A stretch of 64,000 bases of DNA from Mycobacteriales bacterium (GTDB lineage Bacteria; Actinomycetota; Actinomycetes; Mycobacteriales; QHCE01). Positions 17,263-26,983 of this stretch are shown one piece after another. Numbering within the stretch: the stretch's first letter is position 1; every line of letters starts with the position of its first letter. Location of the stretch: assembly GCA_038260095.1 (NCBI GenBank), contig JBBSOC010000002.1, positions 14,411 to 78,410 on the forward strand, read 5' to 3'. A program made the position numbers and the translations under genes. The notes under the pieces were generated by a model. It was not told the origin of the DNA and searched no databases. It was given only the letters and a program-made list of their open reading frames with translations.

Positions 17263-18416
17263 CGCGGTTCCATTTCAACAGCGATGAAATCTTCCAGAGC
17301 CTGGATTCCTGGCGCTGGACGCCCATCTCTGGCCCAAGCAGTGACGGCCCGCACTGTGCCAACGGAGTCCACGCACAACAGCGCGATCTCCTCCAGCACA
17401 CGCAACCGACCGCGACGTCCCATATGCAAAATGCATGGCAGGGATGCGGCAAGCTGAGAATGCACCGCATGTCGATCTAGGCCGCCTAGCGAGCCGAGGG
17501 CCTCTAGCCGTGCGGGCACATCGGCGGGACTATTAGCATGCATAGTTCCCGCACAGCCCGAGTGCCCGGTGTTTAGTGCGCACAGCAACTCAACCACTTC
17601 CGCGCCCCGGCATTCGCCAACTACTATGCGATCAGGGCGCATCCGCAATGCTTGCCGCACTAGCTCACGCAACGAGACCGTCCCCGCACCGTCAGTGTTA
17701 TGCCCGCGGGATTGCAGCGACACCACGTGTGGGTGATGACATCGCAGCTCTTGAGAGTCTTCAACGACTACTACTCGTTCACATGTGGGCAGCTCACTAA
17801 GCAGGCTCGCCAGGAATGTCGTCTTTCCCGATGTCGTGCCACCCGTGACGAGAAATGCGCGCTTGGCGACAAGCAGCGCGCGCAGGATGCTCGCTGCACG
17901 AGACGGCAGGGCTCCCTGCTCCACGAGCTCAGCGAGGGAGAACACCCGTGGACGGAATGTGCGCAGCGACACGCAAACGCCGTTGACCGCAATCGGCGCG
18001 ATGACAACATGTAGTCGCGTGCCATCTGGCAGGCGCGCATCTACCCAAGGCTTGGCCGCGTCAAGCCGCTGCCCGCAGGCCACAGCCAACCGCTGGGCCA
18101 TGCACTGCAGCTGAGCCTCGCTTTGTTGCGGCAACACAACGCGTTGCAGCCCACCCCCACGATCAACCCAGGTACTTTGCGTGCCATTTATCAATACATC
18201 CGTGACATCGACGTCATCGAGCAGTGCATTGAGGGCCGCTAAACCAATCAGTTCGGTGCGCAGCGCCCGTGTCAGGTGATGCACCACCAAGTCGTTACCC
18301 GCGGTGTCACCGCAGATGGCGCGAGCGGCCGCGGTCACCCGATCATGTGTCAGCGGGGCGCCGGCATCAGTAAGCCAGCGACGCACCTGGGTTGCGAGAC
18401 TGAGTTGCCCGGTCAC
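17259..18416 (-). CDS. TadA/CpaF-family secretion ATPase
   Basis: 385 aa with Walker A (VTGGTTSGKTTFL), Walker B (VVVVEDSQE) and a His box region (NTGHSGCAGTMHAN). Confidence 0.85.
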   Translation of the reverse strand: MTGQLSLATQVRRWLTDAGAPLTHDRVTAAARAICGDTAGNDLVVHHLTRALRTELIGLAALNALLDDVDVTDVLINGTQSTWVDRGGGLQRVVLPQQSEAQLQCMAQRLAVACGQRLDAAKPWVDARLPDGTRLHVVIAPIAVNGVCVSLRTFRPRVFSLAELVEQGALPSRAASILRALLVAKRAFLVTGGTTSGKTTFLASLLSELPTCERVVVVEDSQELRCHHPHVVSLQSRGHNTDGAGTVSLRELVRQALRMRPDRIVVGECRGAEVVELLCALNTGHSGCAGTMHANSPADVPARLEALGSLGGLDRHAVHSQLAASLPCILHMGRRGRLRVLEEIALLCVDSVGTVRAVTAWARDGRPAPGIQALEDFIAVEMEPR

Positions 18417-19600
18417 TGGCAGATCCCACTCGGCCCGCTGAGTAACTGCTCGAGCAGCGCTCTGCTGAGCGCGCTGAGCGCACCCCTTTTCCCGCTACCC
18501 GGAGCGACACCCTTTTCTACCGCCGCCGCCAAGGAAGGTTCCCATTGCATTGTTCCCAGTAGCGGTAGCTGTAGTGCCGCAGCCACCTCGGCTGAATTGA
18601 TACCAGCTGGAGCGGGTGTACGCACCACTATTCGCAGTTGCTCGCAATGTGGGCGAATCACCGAAATTACCCGGCTGGCTGCCGCTACGGCACGAACCTC
18701 TGCTGGGACGACAAGAACGACAACGTCAGTAGCGTCCAGCGCTGCCTTGGCTGCCTCATCCGGAGCACGAGGCAGGTCCACGACTACCAGGTCACTACCG
18801 CGTCTGGCAATGTCGAGTAGCTGGCGGAGAGTGCGCGGAGCAATAGCAAGCTGCTCACCTCGATCCCATGAGAGCAGGGACAACTCACCTACTCGAGGTA
18901 GCGTGTCTATGACTTCGCCACTCACCCCGCCGGTGGGAGTAGTGGATAGATCGGGCCAGCGCGCCCCCGCATAGCTTTCTCGTCCCAGTAAGAGATCCAG
19001 TCCGCCACCCAGCGGGTCTGCGTCTACCAGCATGGTTCGGCGCCCAGAGTGGGCTGCGGTGACCGCTAAAGCACTGGCCAGGACGCTTGCACCCGCGCCA
19101 CCACGGCCGCCTACCACTCCGACCACCACACCGGCCGGCCCGTGCGTCGCGCTGGCTAAACGCTCGCCTAGCCACGATGCGCCGGCTGGTAACTCGACTA
19201 CGTGGTCAACGTCGAGCTCGGCGGCAAGCTGCCAGGTCGTCTCACCAGGCGGCGCTGAGCCGCGGGTAAGACTTGAAGCTGCGCTCAGCAGCACAACTCG
19301 GCCACGCCTCGGCGGGTGCATCCGGACGCACTGCGCTCCAGCTGCTTCATCTAGTACCACGAGTGACGCTTTTGACCACGCCCGCAGGGCGCCTGCCGCA
19401 TCCGGGGCGAGCTCAGGTTCAACGCCCACGGAAGCGGCAATATGCAGTAGTTGGTCCAGTAGCACCGGGTCTGTTATCAAAAACAGCGGGCGCGGTGATG
19501 TTTCGAGCACGAAAACCTCTCCAGTGGTATCAGGGGCAAGCTCACCCTGACGCCGTGGAAACGGGTTTAGTTGATGCAGCGCAGATATGTGCAGCCGCAC
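18413..19600 (-). CDS. ssd: Ssd/CpaE-like ParA-MinD family ATPase
   Basis: 395 aa with a deviant Walker A region (VVGGRGGAGASVLASALA). Its position upstream of tadA matches Rv3660c. Confidence 0.65.
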   Translation of the reverse strand: MRLHISALHQLNPFPRRQGELAPDTTGEVFVLETSPRPLFLITDPVLLDQLLHIAASVGVEPELAPDAAGALRAWSKASLVVLDEAAGAQCVRMHPPRRGRVVLLSAASSLTRGSAPPGETTWQLAAELDVDHVVELPAGASWLGERLASATHGPAGVVVGVVGGRGGAGASVLASALAVTAAHSGRRTMLVDADPLGGGLDLLLGRESYAGARWPDLSTTPTGGVSGEVIDTLPRVGELSLLSWDRGEQLAIAPRTLRQLLDIARRGSDLVVVDLPRAPDEAAKAALDATDVVVLVVPAEVRAVAAASRVISVIRPHCEQLRIVVRTPAPAGINSAEVAAALQLPLLGTMQWEPSLAAAVEKGVAPGSGKRGALSALSRALLEQLLSGPSGICQ

Positions 19601-19699
19601 TCAAGCTGTGGAAACTCGCTGCGGATTCGTTGCTAAGAGTACCGAAGTGGCCGATTGCGGCGGCTCATCCGGAATCGATACACAAAAATCAATCGGGAC

Positions 19700-19950
19700 A
19701 ATCTTCGTACGCCCTCTTGTCCTCGCCTGATTAGAGCGGTAGAACGTTAGATACGGAGATCTGATGGGCAGGTCAGCTGAACATCTGATCTCCGCGCATA
19801 GCCACCAGGAACCCACGCTCGGCCAGCCGCGGGAGGCATGTCGGAACGGAGCACCCAGGTGATCTGTTCTCGAGACGAAAAGGTGAGCGCTTGGTAACCT
19901 GATCTGGACTATGCATGACGGCGCCTCGCCAGAGGCGCCGTCTCTTTGTA
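19700..19950 (+). ncRNA. candidate small RNA (possibly Ms1/6S-like); the 5' end is unknown
   Basis: No ORF over 20 codons on the plus strand. A long hairpin has 8-bp outer arms, cggagatc and gatctccg (about 19753-19795). The segment ends at an orphan intrinsic terminator (19917-19950). It is divergent from ssd, as MTS2823 (ncRv13661) is in M. tuberculosis. Confidence 0.3.
19917..19950 (+). terminator. intrinsic terminator with no upstream plus-strand gene
   Basis: Perfect 11-bp GC-rich stem, gacggcgcctc (19917-19927) and gaggcgccgtc (19932-19942), with loop gcca and tail tctttgtat. The minus-strand tail is not U-rich. Confidence 0.6.
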
Positions 19951-20322
19951 TACACGGATCTTTGTCAACACTGGAGCCAAGCAATGTACTTAAATTCACC
20001 GCTGCGCCATGCAGCGATTAGAGGCCGCGCGGATAAGACCAGGCTCATGTCAGACGAAAATTAACGAAAGCGGAACCTTCTGCGCCGTCAAGCAGCTAGA
20101 CTGGTCCGGCTAACCTCTCAGGTGGATCGGCCGCACGTATTCGAGCTCGCTACATCCACTGGGCTTACCCGGTGTGCATGCTCAGCAGCAGGATGTAGGC
20201 AGCCTGCACCGAGAAAATCGTCACCAAGTCATATTTAACCCGAGCCTAGTCATCCTAGACCGTCACGATTCGAACGCATAAACCTTAATTATGCGCTGCC
20301 ACTAACGAAAGGACCTGGCGCG

Positions 20323-21009
20323 TTGAGTTCCCACGATGTTCCGTTTGGCGCCGAAACAGCCGTCCCGGAGTCGGCCCCTCCCTCCAATGCGCCACCAGTA
20401 GCTAAGGCCGTGATATCCCCACAGTTGCACGCTGGATCAATGCCAACGAACCCGCGCTTCAACGTCTCAGACGCACTCACTGTCGGCGGGGGGCTGATGG
20501 TGCTGCTATTTTCCTTCTTTCCTTTCGTCTCCTACAGTGATTCACTGCGGGGCCCCATTGAGCGCAGCGGGTACGACACGTGGTTTAACGCATGGCAGGC
20601 TCAAACGTTTATGGCGCCACTCACGTGGTTCGTCGTTCTAGGAGCCGTAACAGCCAGTGGGTTGAGTGCAGCTGGCTACCTGACAGGGCATCAGCTGAAG
20701 CTATTGCGTTTTTCAGCGCCACAGCTACAAGTGATGTGCTCGGCGTTCGCCTTTCTAGTATTGCTAGGGTATGCGACTTCATCTAGATCAGTAGTCTTTG
20801 GCAGTGATTACGCCCGCTATCTTGGAGACGCTACATTCGCGCATGGAATCAACTTCTCCGCCGGTGGGTACCTCATGCTTACCTTCGCGCTAGTAACGGT
20901 GGTGGGCGCGCTACTCACGCTTTACAACGTGGGTCCTGCCTTGTTACCGCGACCGAAGCTTACTGACGCCAAGCCCGTAGATACCCAGACACCAAGTCCG
21001 CTTGGCTAG
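20323..21009 (+). CDS. conserved polytopic membrane protein (position equivalent to Rv3669)
   Basis: 228 aa with a Pro-rich N-terminus followed by about 5 hydrophobic segments. The start is uncertain: TTG at 20323 or an internal ATG. Confidence 0.55.
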   Translation: MSSHDVPFGAETAVPESAPPSNAPPVAKAVISPQLHAGSMPTNPRFNVSDALTVGGGLMVLLFSFFPFVSYSDSLRGPIERSGYDTWFNAWQAQTFMAPLTWFVVLGAVTASGLSAAGYLTGHQLKLLRFSAPQLQVMCSAFAFLVLLGYATSSRSVVFGSDYARYLGDATFAHGINFSAGGYLMLTFALVTVVGALLTLYNVGPALLPRPKLTDAKPVDTQTPSPLG

Positions 21010-21033
21010 GCAGATGGTTACCTACCATCACCG

Positions 21034-21075
21034 CCTCTCAGCTCACCTCGGGCGAGCGCGCGGTGAGCTGAGAGG
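21034..21075 (+). terminator. stem-loop downstream of the 20323-21009 gene
   Basis: Perfect 14-bp arms, cctctcagctcacc (21034-21047) and ggtgagctgagagg (21062-21075), with a 14-nt loop and no U-tract. Confidence 0.4.
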
Positions 21076-21150
21076 CAAACAAGATAAACGTAGTCTTATC
21101 TGTACCAGCTCATCCTGTCCTGCCTCGCTAATGTCGTCTCCGCGGCCAAC

Positions 21151-22071
21151 GTGAAAGCTCCAACCAATATCAAGGCGCTACTGGTACCGGGACCTTGGTC
21201 TCACCGCTTCATCAGTGCCAACGGTAACCGTTTCCACCTTGCTGAATGTGGGAGCGGGAAGCTAGTGCTGTTTCTGCATGGTTTCCCTGATTACTGGTGG
21301 ACTTGGCGAGAGCAGCTTCCAGTTTTCGCCGCAGCTGGATACCACGCAGTAGCCATGGACCTTCGGGGTTATGGGGCTTCAGACAAACCGCCCCGTGGGT
21401 ATGACGCCTACACCCTCGCAGCCGATGTGGCAGGCGTGATCCGAGCGTTAGGGCAGCGCGACGCAATACTCGTCGGGCACGACTGGGGTGGGCTACTGGG
21501 GTGGAGTGCGGCCGCGTTCCACCCACGTCTGGTCAGTAAGCTGGCCGTGATTGCGGCTGCCCATCCGCTACTGATACGTCGAGCGATGCTCGCCGACCAT
21601 AAGCAACGCAGCGCACTGGCCCACATGTTTGCGTTCCAGCTTCCGCGTTTTGAATATGTGCTCACTCGCAACAATGGTGCCTACGTCAACGCGCTGGTTC
21701 ACAGGTGGGCCGGACCCCAATGGCGCACGACGAGCGCATGCGCCGAACACGCCGCCGCGTGTGTAGTGGGCATGCGCACCAATCACGTGGCATTCTGCGC
21801 GCTGGAGTACTACCGTTGGGCGGTTCGTTCGTTGACTCGGCGGAGCGGGTGGCGGTATGCCGCTCTTATGAACCAGCACATTCCTCAGTCGGTACTGCAG
21901 TTACATGGCAACGTCGACAGCTGCATTCTGCCTAGCACAGTGGCGGGAGCAGCGCGATACGTTCGAAATGAATACAACTATCAAGAGCTAAGTGGAGTGG
22001 GGCATTTCCCTCACTTAGAGGACCCCAGCCGTACAAATCGGGCGCTGCTTTCCTGGGCTGCGACACCGTAG
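21151..22071 (+). CDS. alpha/beta hydrolase, epoxide-hydrolase-like (EphE position)
   Basis: 306 aa with FLHGFPDYWWTWR and the nucleophile elbow GHDWGG. It ends with the His region GHFPHLE. Confidence 0.75.
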   Translation: MKAPTNIKALLVPGPWSHRFISANGNRFHLAECGSGKLVLFLHGFPDYWWTWREQLPVFAAAGYHAVAMDLRGYGASDKPPRGYDAYTLAADVAGVIRALGQRDAILVGHDWGGLLGWSAAAFHPRLVSKLAVIAAAHPLLIRRAMLADHKQRSALAHMFAFQLPRFEYVLTRNNGAYVNALVHRWAGPQWRTTSACAEHAAACVVGMRTNHVAFCALEYYRWAVRSLTRRSGWRYAALMNQHIPQSVLQLHGNVDSCILPSTVAGAARYVRNEYNYQELSGVGHFPHLEDPSRTNRALLSWAATP

Positions 22072-22129
22072 ACTTGCAGGCAGACAGCATTTCGCCGGCC
22101 GTACCGCCTTTGATCGCGGCACGCGACGA

Positions 22130-23323
22130 CTAATCACAGCCTTGGGTACCCACCTCACGGGTAGCGCTGCGACCAGCATCAGCAACTGGCGCTGCTTCGC
22201 GCATGCTCAGCGCATAACCGGTACTGGGATCGTCGACTGCCGCCGCGAAAATGACTCCGATAGCCGAGCCATCGGGTGAGAGCAGGGGGCCGCCCGAGTT
22301 CCCTGGCCGCACCGTGCTTCGGATCGAATAGATCTCTCGAGTTACCTGGTCACCGTAAATATCTGGGCCCCGTAGGTCGCGGTGCCCTCGAACCCGAGCA
22401 GCGACCACAGTGTATGGGTTATCGAGTGGGAAACCAATCACAATAGCGTCCGCGCCAGCAGCGACGAGACCATGCGAACTAATTGTCGGCGCAGTTAAAC
22501 CCGGCGCGTACAGCACGGCAAGGTCGCGGTGCGGGTCGTAGCTCACCACACGGGCCGAATAGCGCCTACCCAGCAGCTCAACCCGAACGCTATCGGTACC
22601 GGCGACTACGTGAGCGTTGGTGAGGATGTGGTTAGGCGCGTAAACGAAACCCGTGCCCGAGAGCTGACGATCGCAGCTAGGCGCCTGGCCAACCACTTTC
22701 ACCACTGAACGACGCGCCTGCCGTGCTACCGCGGACTGCGCCAATGCCGGATCTGGTGAGGCAATGGGCGGAACGTCGCTGGGGGCGAGCCCGTCGAAAA
22801 TCTCGGGGAAATCTTGTTGGCGCACGGCGTCGCTGAACGAGCTGTAGGCCTTGCGCAGACCGTCGGGCATAGCCGAGTCGACAACCGACAGCACCCTTGA
22901 GTTGCGAATTTGAGCTGCCAGCCACGGTTCGGGTACGGAGGCCAGCGGCGCGGCAAGCATCCACGCCACAAGCAACATGGTGAGCGCCGACACCACCGAA
23001 CCGCCAGAGCTGTCCAGCGTTTGCAGCTGGGGGTGTTTGAGTCGTTCTCGGATTCGTGAACCAAGTGCCAGCGCTAAGCTCTGTCCGACCACCGCAATAC
23101 CGAAAGCCACCAGTAGTGCCACAAAAAGCCGCGTCGACGATGTCGCGAATCGATTAGCGACAATAGGCGCAAGCTGTAGACCTACCAACGCGCCTCCGAG
23201 GAATCCGATGAAGGAAAGCGCGCCGACGACAAAACCTTGCCGGTACCCCATCACGCCGAATGCCACCGCGGCAGCCAACAGCATGATGTCCATCAAGTCA
23301 AAGCTAAACAAGTCGCCGTTCAT
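22130..23323 (-). CDS. marP: MarP-type membrane serine protease (CvpA membrane domain plus trypsin-like domain)
   Basis: 397 aa with 4 N-terminal TM segments. The C-terminal protease domain has TNAHVVAG (His) and PGNSGGPLL (Ser). Confidence 0.85.
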   Translation of the reverse strand: MNGDLFSFDLMDIMLLAAAVAFGVMGYRQGFVVGALSFIGFLGGALVGLQLAPIVANRFATSSTRLFVALLVAFGIAVVGQSLALALGSRIRERLKHPQLQTLDSSGGSVVSALTMLLVAWMLAAPLASVPEPWLAAQIRNSRVLSVVDSAMPDGLRKAYSSFSDAVRQQDFPEIFDGLAPSDVPPIASPDPALAQSAVARQARRSVVKVVGQAPSCDRQLSGTGFVYAPNHILTNAHVVAGTDSVRVELLGRRYSARVVSYDPHRDLAVLYAPGLTAPTISSHGLVAAGADAIVIGFPLDNPYTVVAARVRGHRDLRGPDIYGDQVTREIYSIRSTVRPGNSGGPLLSPDGSAIGVIFAAAVDDPSTGYALSMREAAPVADAGRSATREVGTQGCD

Positions 23324-23328
23324 AACCG

Positions 23329-23922
23329 CTATCGTTCCCTATCCATGGTGACGTCAAGATAGCGCCCGATGGCTTCGCGCAGACTGGTTTCGGTGAAAAT
23401 CGGACCGGAGTACACCTTGCGCAACCCTCCTGCTCTGTCGACGAATAACGTCACTGGTAGTGCGCTTACACCAAGCGCACGACGAAGCTGCCCGGAGTGG
23501 TCATACAGGTTCGGAAAGCCCATGCCCAGCTCTGCGGCTGATTCTCGGGCACGGGTGGCGGAATCTTCGGTCACCACGCCCATCACCTGTAGTGAGCCAG
23601 CCGCACTTGCGTTAACGTTCACGAACGCTGGAAGCTCCTTGCCGCAGGGGGGGCACCACGAGCCCCATAAATTAAGCACCATTGGTTTGCCGATGCTTGA
23701 GCGCAACGCAAAGCGACGCCCACTACCGTCCATGCACGGCAGCGATAGCTTCGGTAGCGGATTAGGTTCGGTGGAGATTGATGTGGTCGACGTGGTGGGG
23801 CAGGCGGCAAAGCCTGTCAGAGACTGCCGTGCGGCTTCTGGTCGGTCAGCCTCGGCGGTGCAACCGGCTACCAAGGCTAGCGTTATCGCGACAGCCAAGA
23901 CGGCCGCGCGAAAATGACTCAC
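23329..23922 (-). CDS. TlpA/ResA-like thioredoxin-fold lipoprotein
   Basis: 197 aa with a signal peptide and lipobox (LALVAGC) and the redox motif [11 protein letters not shown]. Confidence 0.8.
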   Translation of the reverse strand: MSHFRAAVLAVAITLALVAGCTAEADRPEAARQSLTGFAACPTTSTTSISTEPNPLPKLSLPCMDGSGRRFALRSSIGKPMVLNLWGSWCPPCGKELPAFVNVNASAAGSLQVMGVVTEDSATRARESAAELGMGFPNLYDHSGQLRRALGVSALPVTLFVDRAGGLRKVYSGPIFTETSLREAIGRYLDVTMDRER

Positions 23923-24725
23923 CGCGTTACGGCTTTCTGAGCTCGCCCTACAACGGGGTTGCCCGCAACGTCGTCGAGTTCAGCCAATACAGCGAGCTCA
24001 GCGACCCGATTTCCTCGAAGTAGCGCCCGTGCCTCCAAGGGATCGGTGGGACCCGTTCCGTAGGAGGGGCAGTACCGCGCCAGCGCGCAAGCGCCGCAAG
24101 CCGGCTTACGCGCATGACAGATCCGACGGCCGTGAAAGATCGCACGGTGTGAAAAAAGCGTCCATTCCGACTCCGGTAGCAACGCTCCGACGGCGTGCTC
24201 AATCTTGACTGGATCGTCATGGCGGGTCCAGCGCCATCGACGTACCAATCGGGACACGTGAGTATCAACCGTGATGCCGGGCGTGTCAAACGCGTTACCC
24301 AAAACGACGTTAGCTGTCTTGCGGCCCACTCCAGGTAGTTGCACCAGCTCAGCCATGGTGCGCGGCAACTCACCATGGTGGCGCTCAACAAGCGCCTGGC
24401 CAAGCCCGATCAGCGAGCTGGCCTTGTTGCGAAAGAACCCAGTTGAACGGATCAGCTCCTCTAATTCCGCGCGCGCAGCGCTGGCATATGCCAGCGCATC
24501 CGGATAGCGGGCAAACAAGGTTGGAGTGACCGCGTTGACCCGAACGTCTGTACATTGCGCTGAAAGAATGGTCGCTACTGTCAGCTCCAGTGGAGTGGAG
24601 AACGCTAGTTCGCAGTGCGCATCAGGATGGAGGCGAGCAAGCTCTGCGTTTATGTCATGTGCCCGTTGGACCAGCGTTGGAGTAGGTCGCAAGCGGCGTG
24701 GGCCAGTTGCTCGCGCAGCAATCAC
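23919..24725 (-). CDS. nth: endonuclease III
   Basis: 268 aa with HhH-GPD ([14 protein letters not shown]) and a C-terminal 4Fe-4S Cys ligand set ([17 protein letters not shown]). Confidence 0.9.
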   Translation of the reverse strand: MIAARATGPRRLRPTPTLVQRAHDINAELARLHPDAHCELAFSTPLELTVATILSAQCTDVRVNAVTPTLFARYPDALAYASAARAELEELIRSTGFFRNKASSLIGLGQALVERHHGELPRTMAELVQLPGVGRKTANVVLGNAFDTPGITVDTHVSRLVRRWRWTRHDDPVKIEHAVGALLPESEWTLFSHRAIFHGRRICHARKPACGACALARYCPSYGTGPTDPLEARALLRGNRVAELAVLAELDDVAGNPVVGRAQKAVTR

Positions 24726-24909
24726 TCGATCAGTTTAGAGGGCCAGCTGTCGACATCACCGGGCCGCGTCGGGCGAAAGCGTACTGAGTAGCGGTAAGTT
24801 AACGCTGCATAAGAGAGACTGGCTGGCGTGGGCCATCAAAAGCACCCCTGGTCAGGGGCGCCAATTGGCGAAAGCTCTCAATCTTGGTGTTGACGAAAGG
24901 TGTTCAGTG

Positions 24910-25584
24910 ATGGACGAGGTACTTGCTCGGTGTGGTCTATTTCAGGGCATTGCCGAGGCTGACGCGGAGGAACTTGCCAAACAGCTGGAGTTCATTGAGG
25001 TCAGCAAAGGCCACGCGATCTTCACTCAAGGCGAGTTTGGAGACAGCTTATTCATTGTGCTGCGCGGAAAAGTGAAGGTAGGGCGTCGAACACCAGACGG
25101 TCGCGAAAACCTGCTAGCCGTGGTAGGGCCTTCCGACATTTGCGGCGAACTATCGGTATTCGACCCAGGCCCGCGCACTGCCAACGCCATCGCGCTTACC
25201 GACTGTCGGTTGGGCCGGTTGCGACAGGATGCGCTGCGCCCTTGGGCTGCCGCGCGACCGCAGATCACCGAACAGCTGCTTCGAGTTCTGGCCAGGCGAC
25301 TGCGACGCACTAACGACATGCTTGCCGACTTGATCTTCACCGACGTGCCTGGACGAGTGGCCAAGCATTTACTTCTCCTGGCCAAGCGCTTCGGTGCCCG
25401 AGAGGGAATCGCGCTACGCGTTACTCACGACCTGACCCAGGAAGAACTCGCGCAGCTGGTTGGTGCTTCGCGTGAAACCGTGAATAAAGCCCTAGCGGAT
25501 TTCGCATCGCGCGGTTGGCTTCGACTAGAAGGCAAGAGTGTAGTCATCCTGGATCCAGAGCGACTAGCCCGCCGGTCCCGCTAA
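24910..25584 (+). CDS. crp: cAMP receptor protein (CRP/FNR family)
   Basis: [14 protein letters not shown]...[11 protein letters not shown]...[24 protein letters not shown] is near-collinear with mycobacterial Crp (Rv3676). The track ORF starts earlier, at the TTG at 24865. Confidence 0.9.
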   Translation: MDEVLARCGLFQGIAEADAEELAKQLEFIEVSKGHAIFTQGEFGDSLFIVLRGKVKVGRRTPDGRENLLAVVGPSDICGELSVFDPGPRTANAIALTDCRLGRLRQDALRPWAAARPQITEQLLRVLARRLRRTNDMLADLIFTDVPGRVAKHLLLLAKRFGAREGIALRVTHDLTQEELAQLVGASRETVNKALADFASRGWLRLEGKSVVILDPERLARRSR

Positions 25585-25707
25585 TATCGTTCGCCAATAG
25601 GTCCCTGCCGGCGTTCTCGACTCCTTGCGTACCCATTCCGCTTCGCTCCATTGTCGTACGCGGCGTCGTCTGCGGCCTTGGCAGATGCCCTCTTGGCGAA
25701 CGATTTT
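25583..25707. other. long inverted repeat filling the crp/ridA convergent intergenic region
   Basis: A 19-nt left arm (25583-25601) pairs with 25689-25707 at 17/19 positions. The perfect 12-bp core is atcgttcgccaa (25586-25597) and ttggcgaacgat (25693-25704). An 87-nt interior contains further pairing (ctgcc/ggcag). TTTTATT follows on the plus strand. Confidence 0.4.
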
Positions 25708-25717
25708 ATTAGCTGGC

Positions 25718-26173
25718 TTATACCTCGACGATCATCTCTATTTCGACTGGAACGCCTAACGGCAGCTCCGCTACGCCAACGGCGCTACGCGCGTGACGAC
25801 CAGCCTCACCAAATACTTCACCCAGCAGTTCGCTTGCCCCATTGATCACCATCGGCTGCTCGGTAAAACCAGGCGCAGAAGCAACGAATCCAACAACCTT
25901 TACGACTTTGCGCACGTGATCGATACCAACAAGACTGTCAATAGCAGCCAGCGCATTGAGTGCGCACTGCTTTGCCAGCGCGACGCCCTGAGCTACGGAG
26001 ATTTGCGCTCCTAACTTCCCGGTCGCCAGCACAACGCCATCAGCCATAGGTATTTGCCCCGACACGTACACATAGTTTCCGGTACGCACGGCCGGAGCGT
26101 AAGCCGCCACTGGCGACACTACCGGAGGCAGCGTGATGTTTCGTTCGGCAAGTCGTACAGAAGGCAAGCTCAC
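25718..26173 (-). CDS. RidA/YjgF-family protein
   Basis: The likely GTG start at 26173 overlaps the upstream TGA (GTGA). The 151-aa product contains ...YVYVSGQIPM...GVAELPLGVPVEIEMIVEV. The longer track ORF (to 26401) runs through the upstream gene. Confidence 0.8.
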   Translation of the reverse strand: MSLPSVRLAERNITLPPVVSPVAAYAPAVRTGNYVYVSGQIPMADGVVLATGKLGAQISVAQGVALAKQCALNALAAIDSLVGIDHVRKVVKVVGFVASAPGFTEQPMVINGASELLGEVFGEAGRHARSAVGVAELPLGVPVEIEMIVEV

Positions 26174-26343
26174 GAGTGGTCCTTGGGTCGTTTGAGGTAA
26201 GCAACGAGTTGATCCGCTGAAGGGCCCGGTACTACTGTCACCAGCTCCCAGCCGTCTTGTCCCCAGGTGTCGAGAATGTGTTTCGTGGCATGAATGAGCA
26301 GGGGGACCGTGACATATTCCCATTGTGTTACTGATGTCTGCAT
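26170..26343 (-). CDS. DUF4177-like small protein (Rv3678A position)
   Basis: MQTSVTQWEYVTVPLLIHATKHILDTWGQDGWELVTVVPGPSADQLVAYLKRPK. Confidence 0.6.
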   Translation of the reverse strand: MQTSVTQWEYVTVPLLIHATKHILDTWGQDGWELVTVVPGPSADQLVAYLKRPKDHS

Positions 26344-26501
26344 ATCTAAACCATACCGTTGGCTCGAGTGCATGTACGTGAGAGCTGTGCTGAACTAGCA
26401 CGGCCGTGTCTCCTCAACGAGTGAGAAGTATGATGTGCTTTCGTAAGACTTAGCACAGCAAGAACTGCGCCAGCCAAGTCCCGAAATCGATGGTTCATCA
26501 T

Positions 26502-26612
26502 CGGCGGATCTCGCCCCAACTCCTTCGCGATCATCCGCCCCGACAGCTCCGCAGCAATACCACGCGAAATCTCTTCCCGTTCTTCACCATTCAACACAAC
26601 ACCACGCGACAT
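26502..26612 (-). mobile_element. relic of an IS30-family transposase 5' end
   Basis: MSRGVVLNGEEREEISRGIAAELSGRMIAKELGRDP matches the N-terminal HTH region of IS30 transposases (LSxEEREEISRGLAAGxSxRxIAxxLGRxP). Similarity stops after about 37 codons, and there is no catalytic domain. Confidence 0.5.
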
Positions 26613-26649
26613 ACCCAAACCCTGCCAGACAACCACACCCTCGCAACGC

Positions 26650-26865
26650 ACTGACCACCTGACGCCGCCCAGCTTCAGCAAGTTCGATTACACAGTAGGC
26701 GCACCTCAAAAAATTTCCGCTACCAAGTACCTTGTAAGGGTCGATGTCGACGCGATCGTTTCAAGCAACGGCGAGAGTACGAAGCAAAAAAATACGAAGG
26801 AATACCCAGTGGTCAAACAAGACGGTGACTGGAAAGTCTGCCCGCAGGTTACTAAAAACAGCTAG
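26650..26865 (+). pseudogene. 3' fragment of a paralogue of the extracellular domain of the 26984-28090 protein
   Basis: The frame reads ...SFSKFDYTVGAPQKISATKYLVRVDVDAIVSSNGESTKQKNTKEYPVVKQDGDWKVCPQVTKNS* (TAG at 26863-26865). Compare ...[20 protein letters not shown] in the next gene. There is no start or signal sequence, and the 5' side abuts the IS30 relic. Confidence 0.4.
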
Positions 26866-26983
26866 ACAGGCCGTCAGTCTTCGGCGATTCTACGAAACGC
26901 GGGTGTCCTACGCCGAGAACCTCGGTACTGTACGGGACAGCCAGTTTACCGGCTAAGCAGATGCGAGCAAGGAGACCAGCGTC

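Noticed and set aside
26477-26507. The 9-mer atggttcat is shared between the IS30-relic junction and the 23-bp tandem repeat after tRNA-Pro.
   Set aside because: The match is only 9 nt with divergent flanks, which is compatible with chance.
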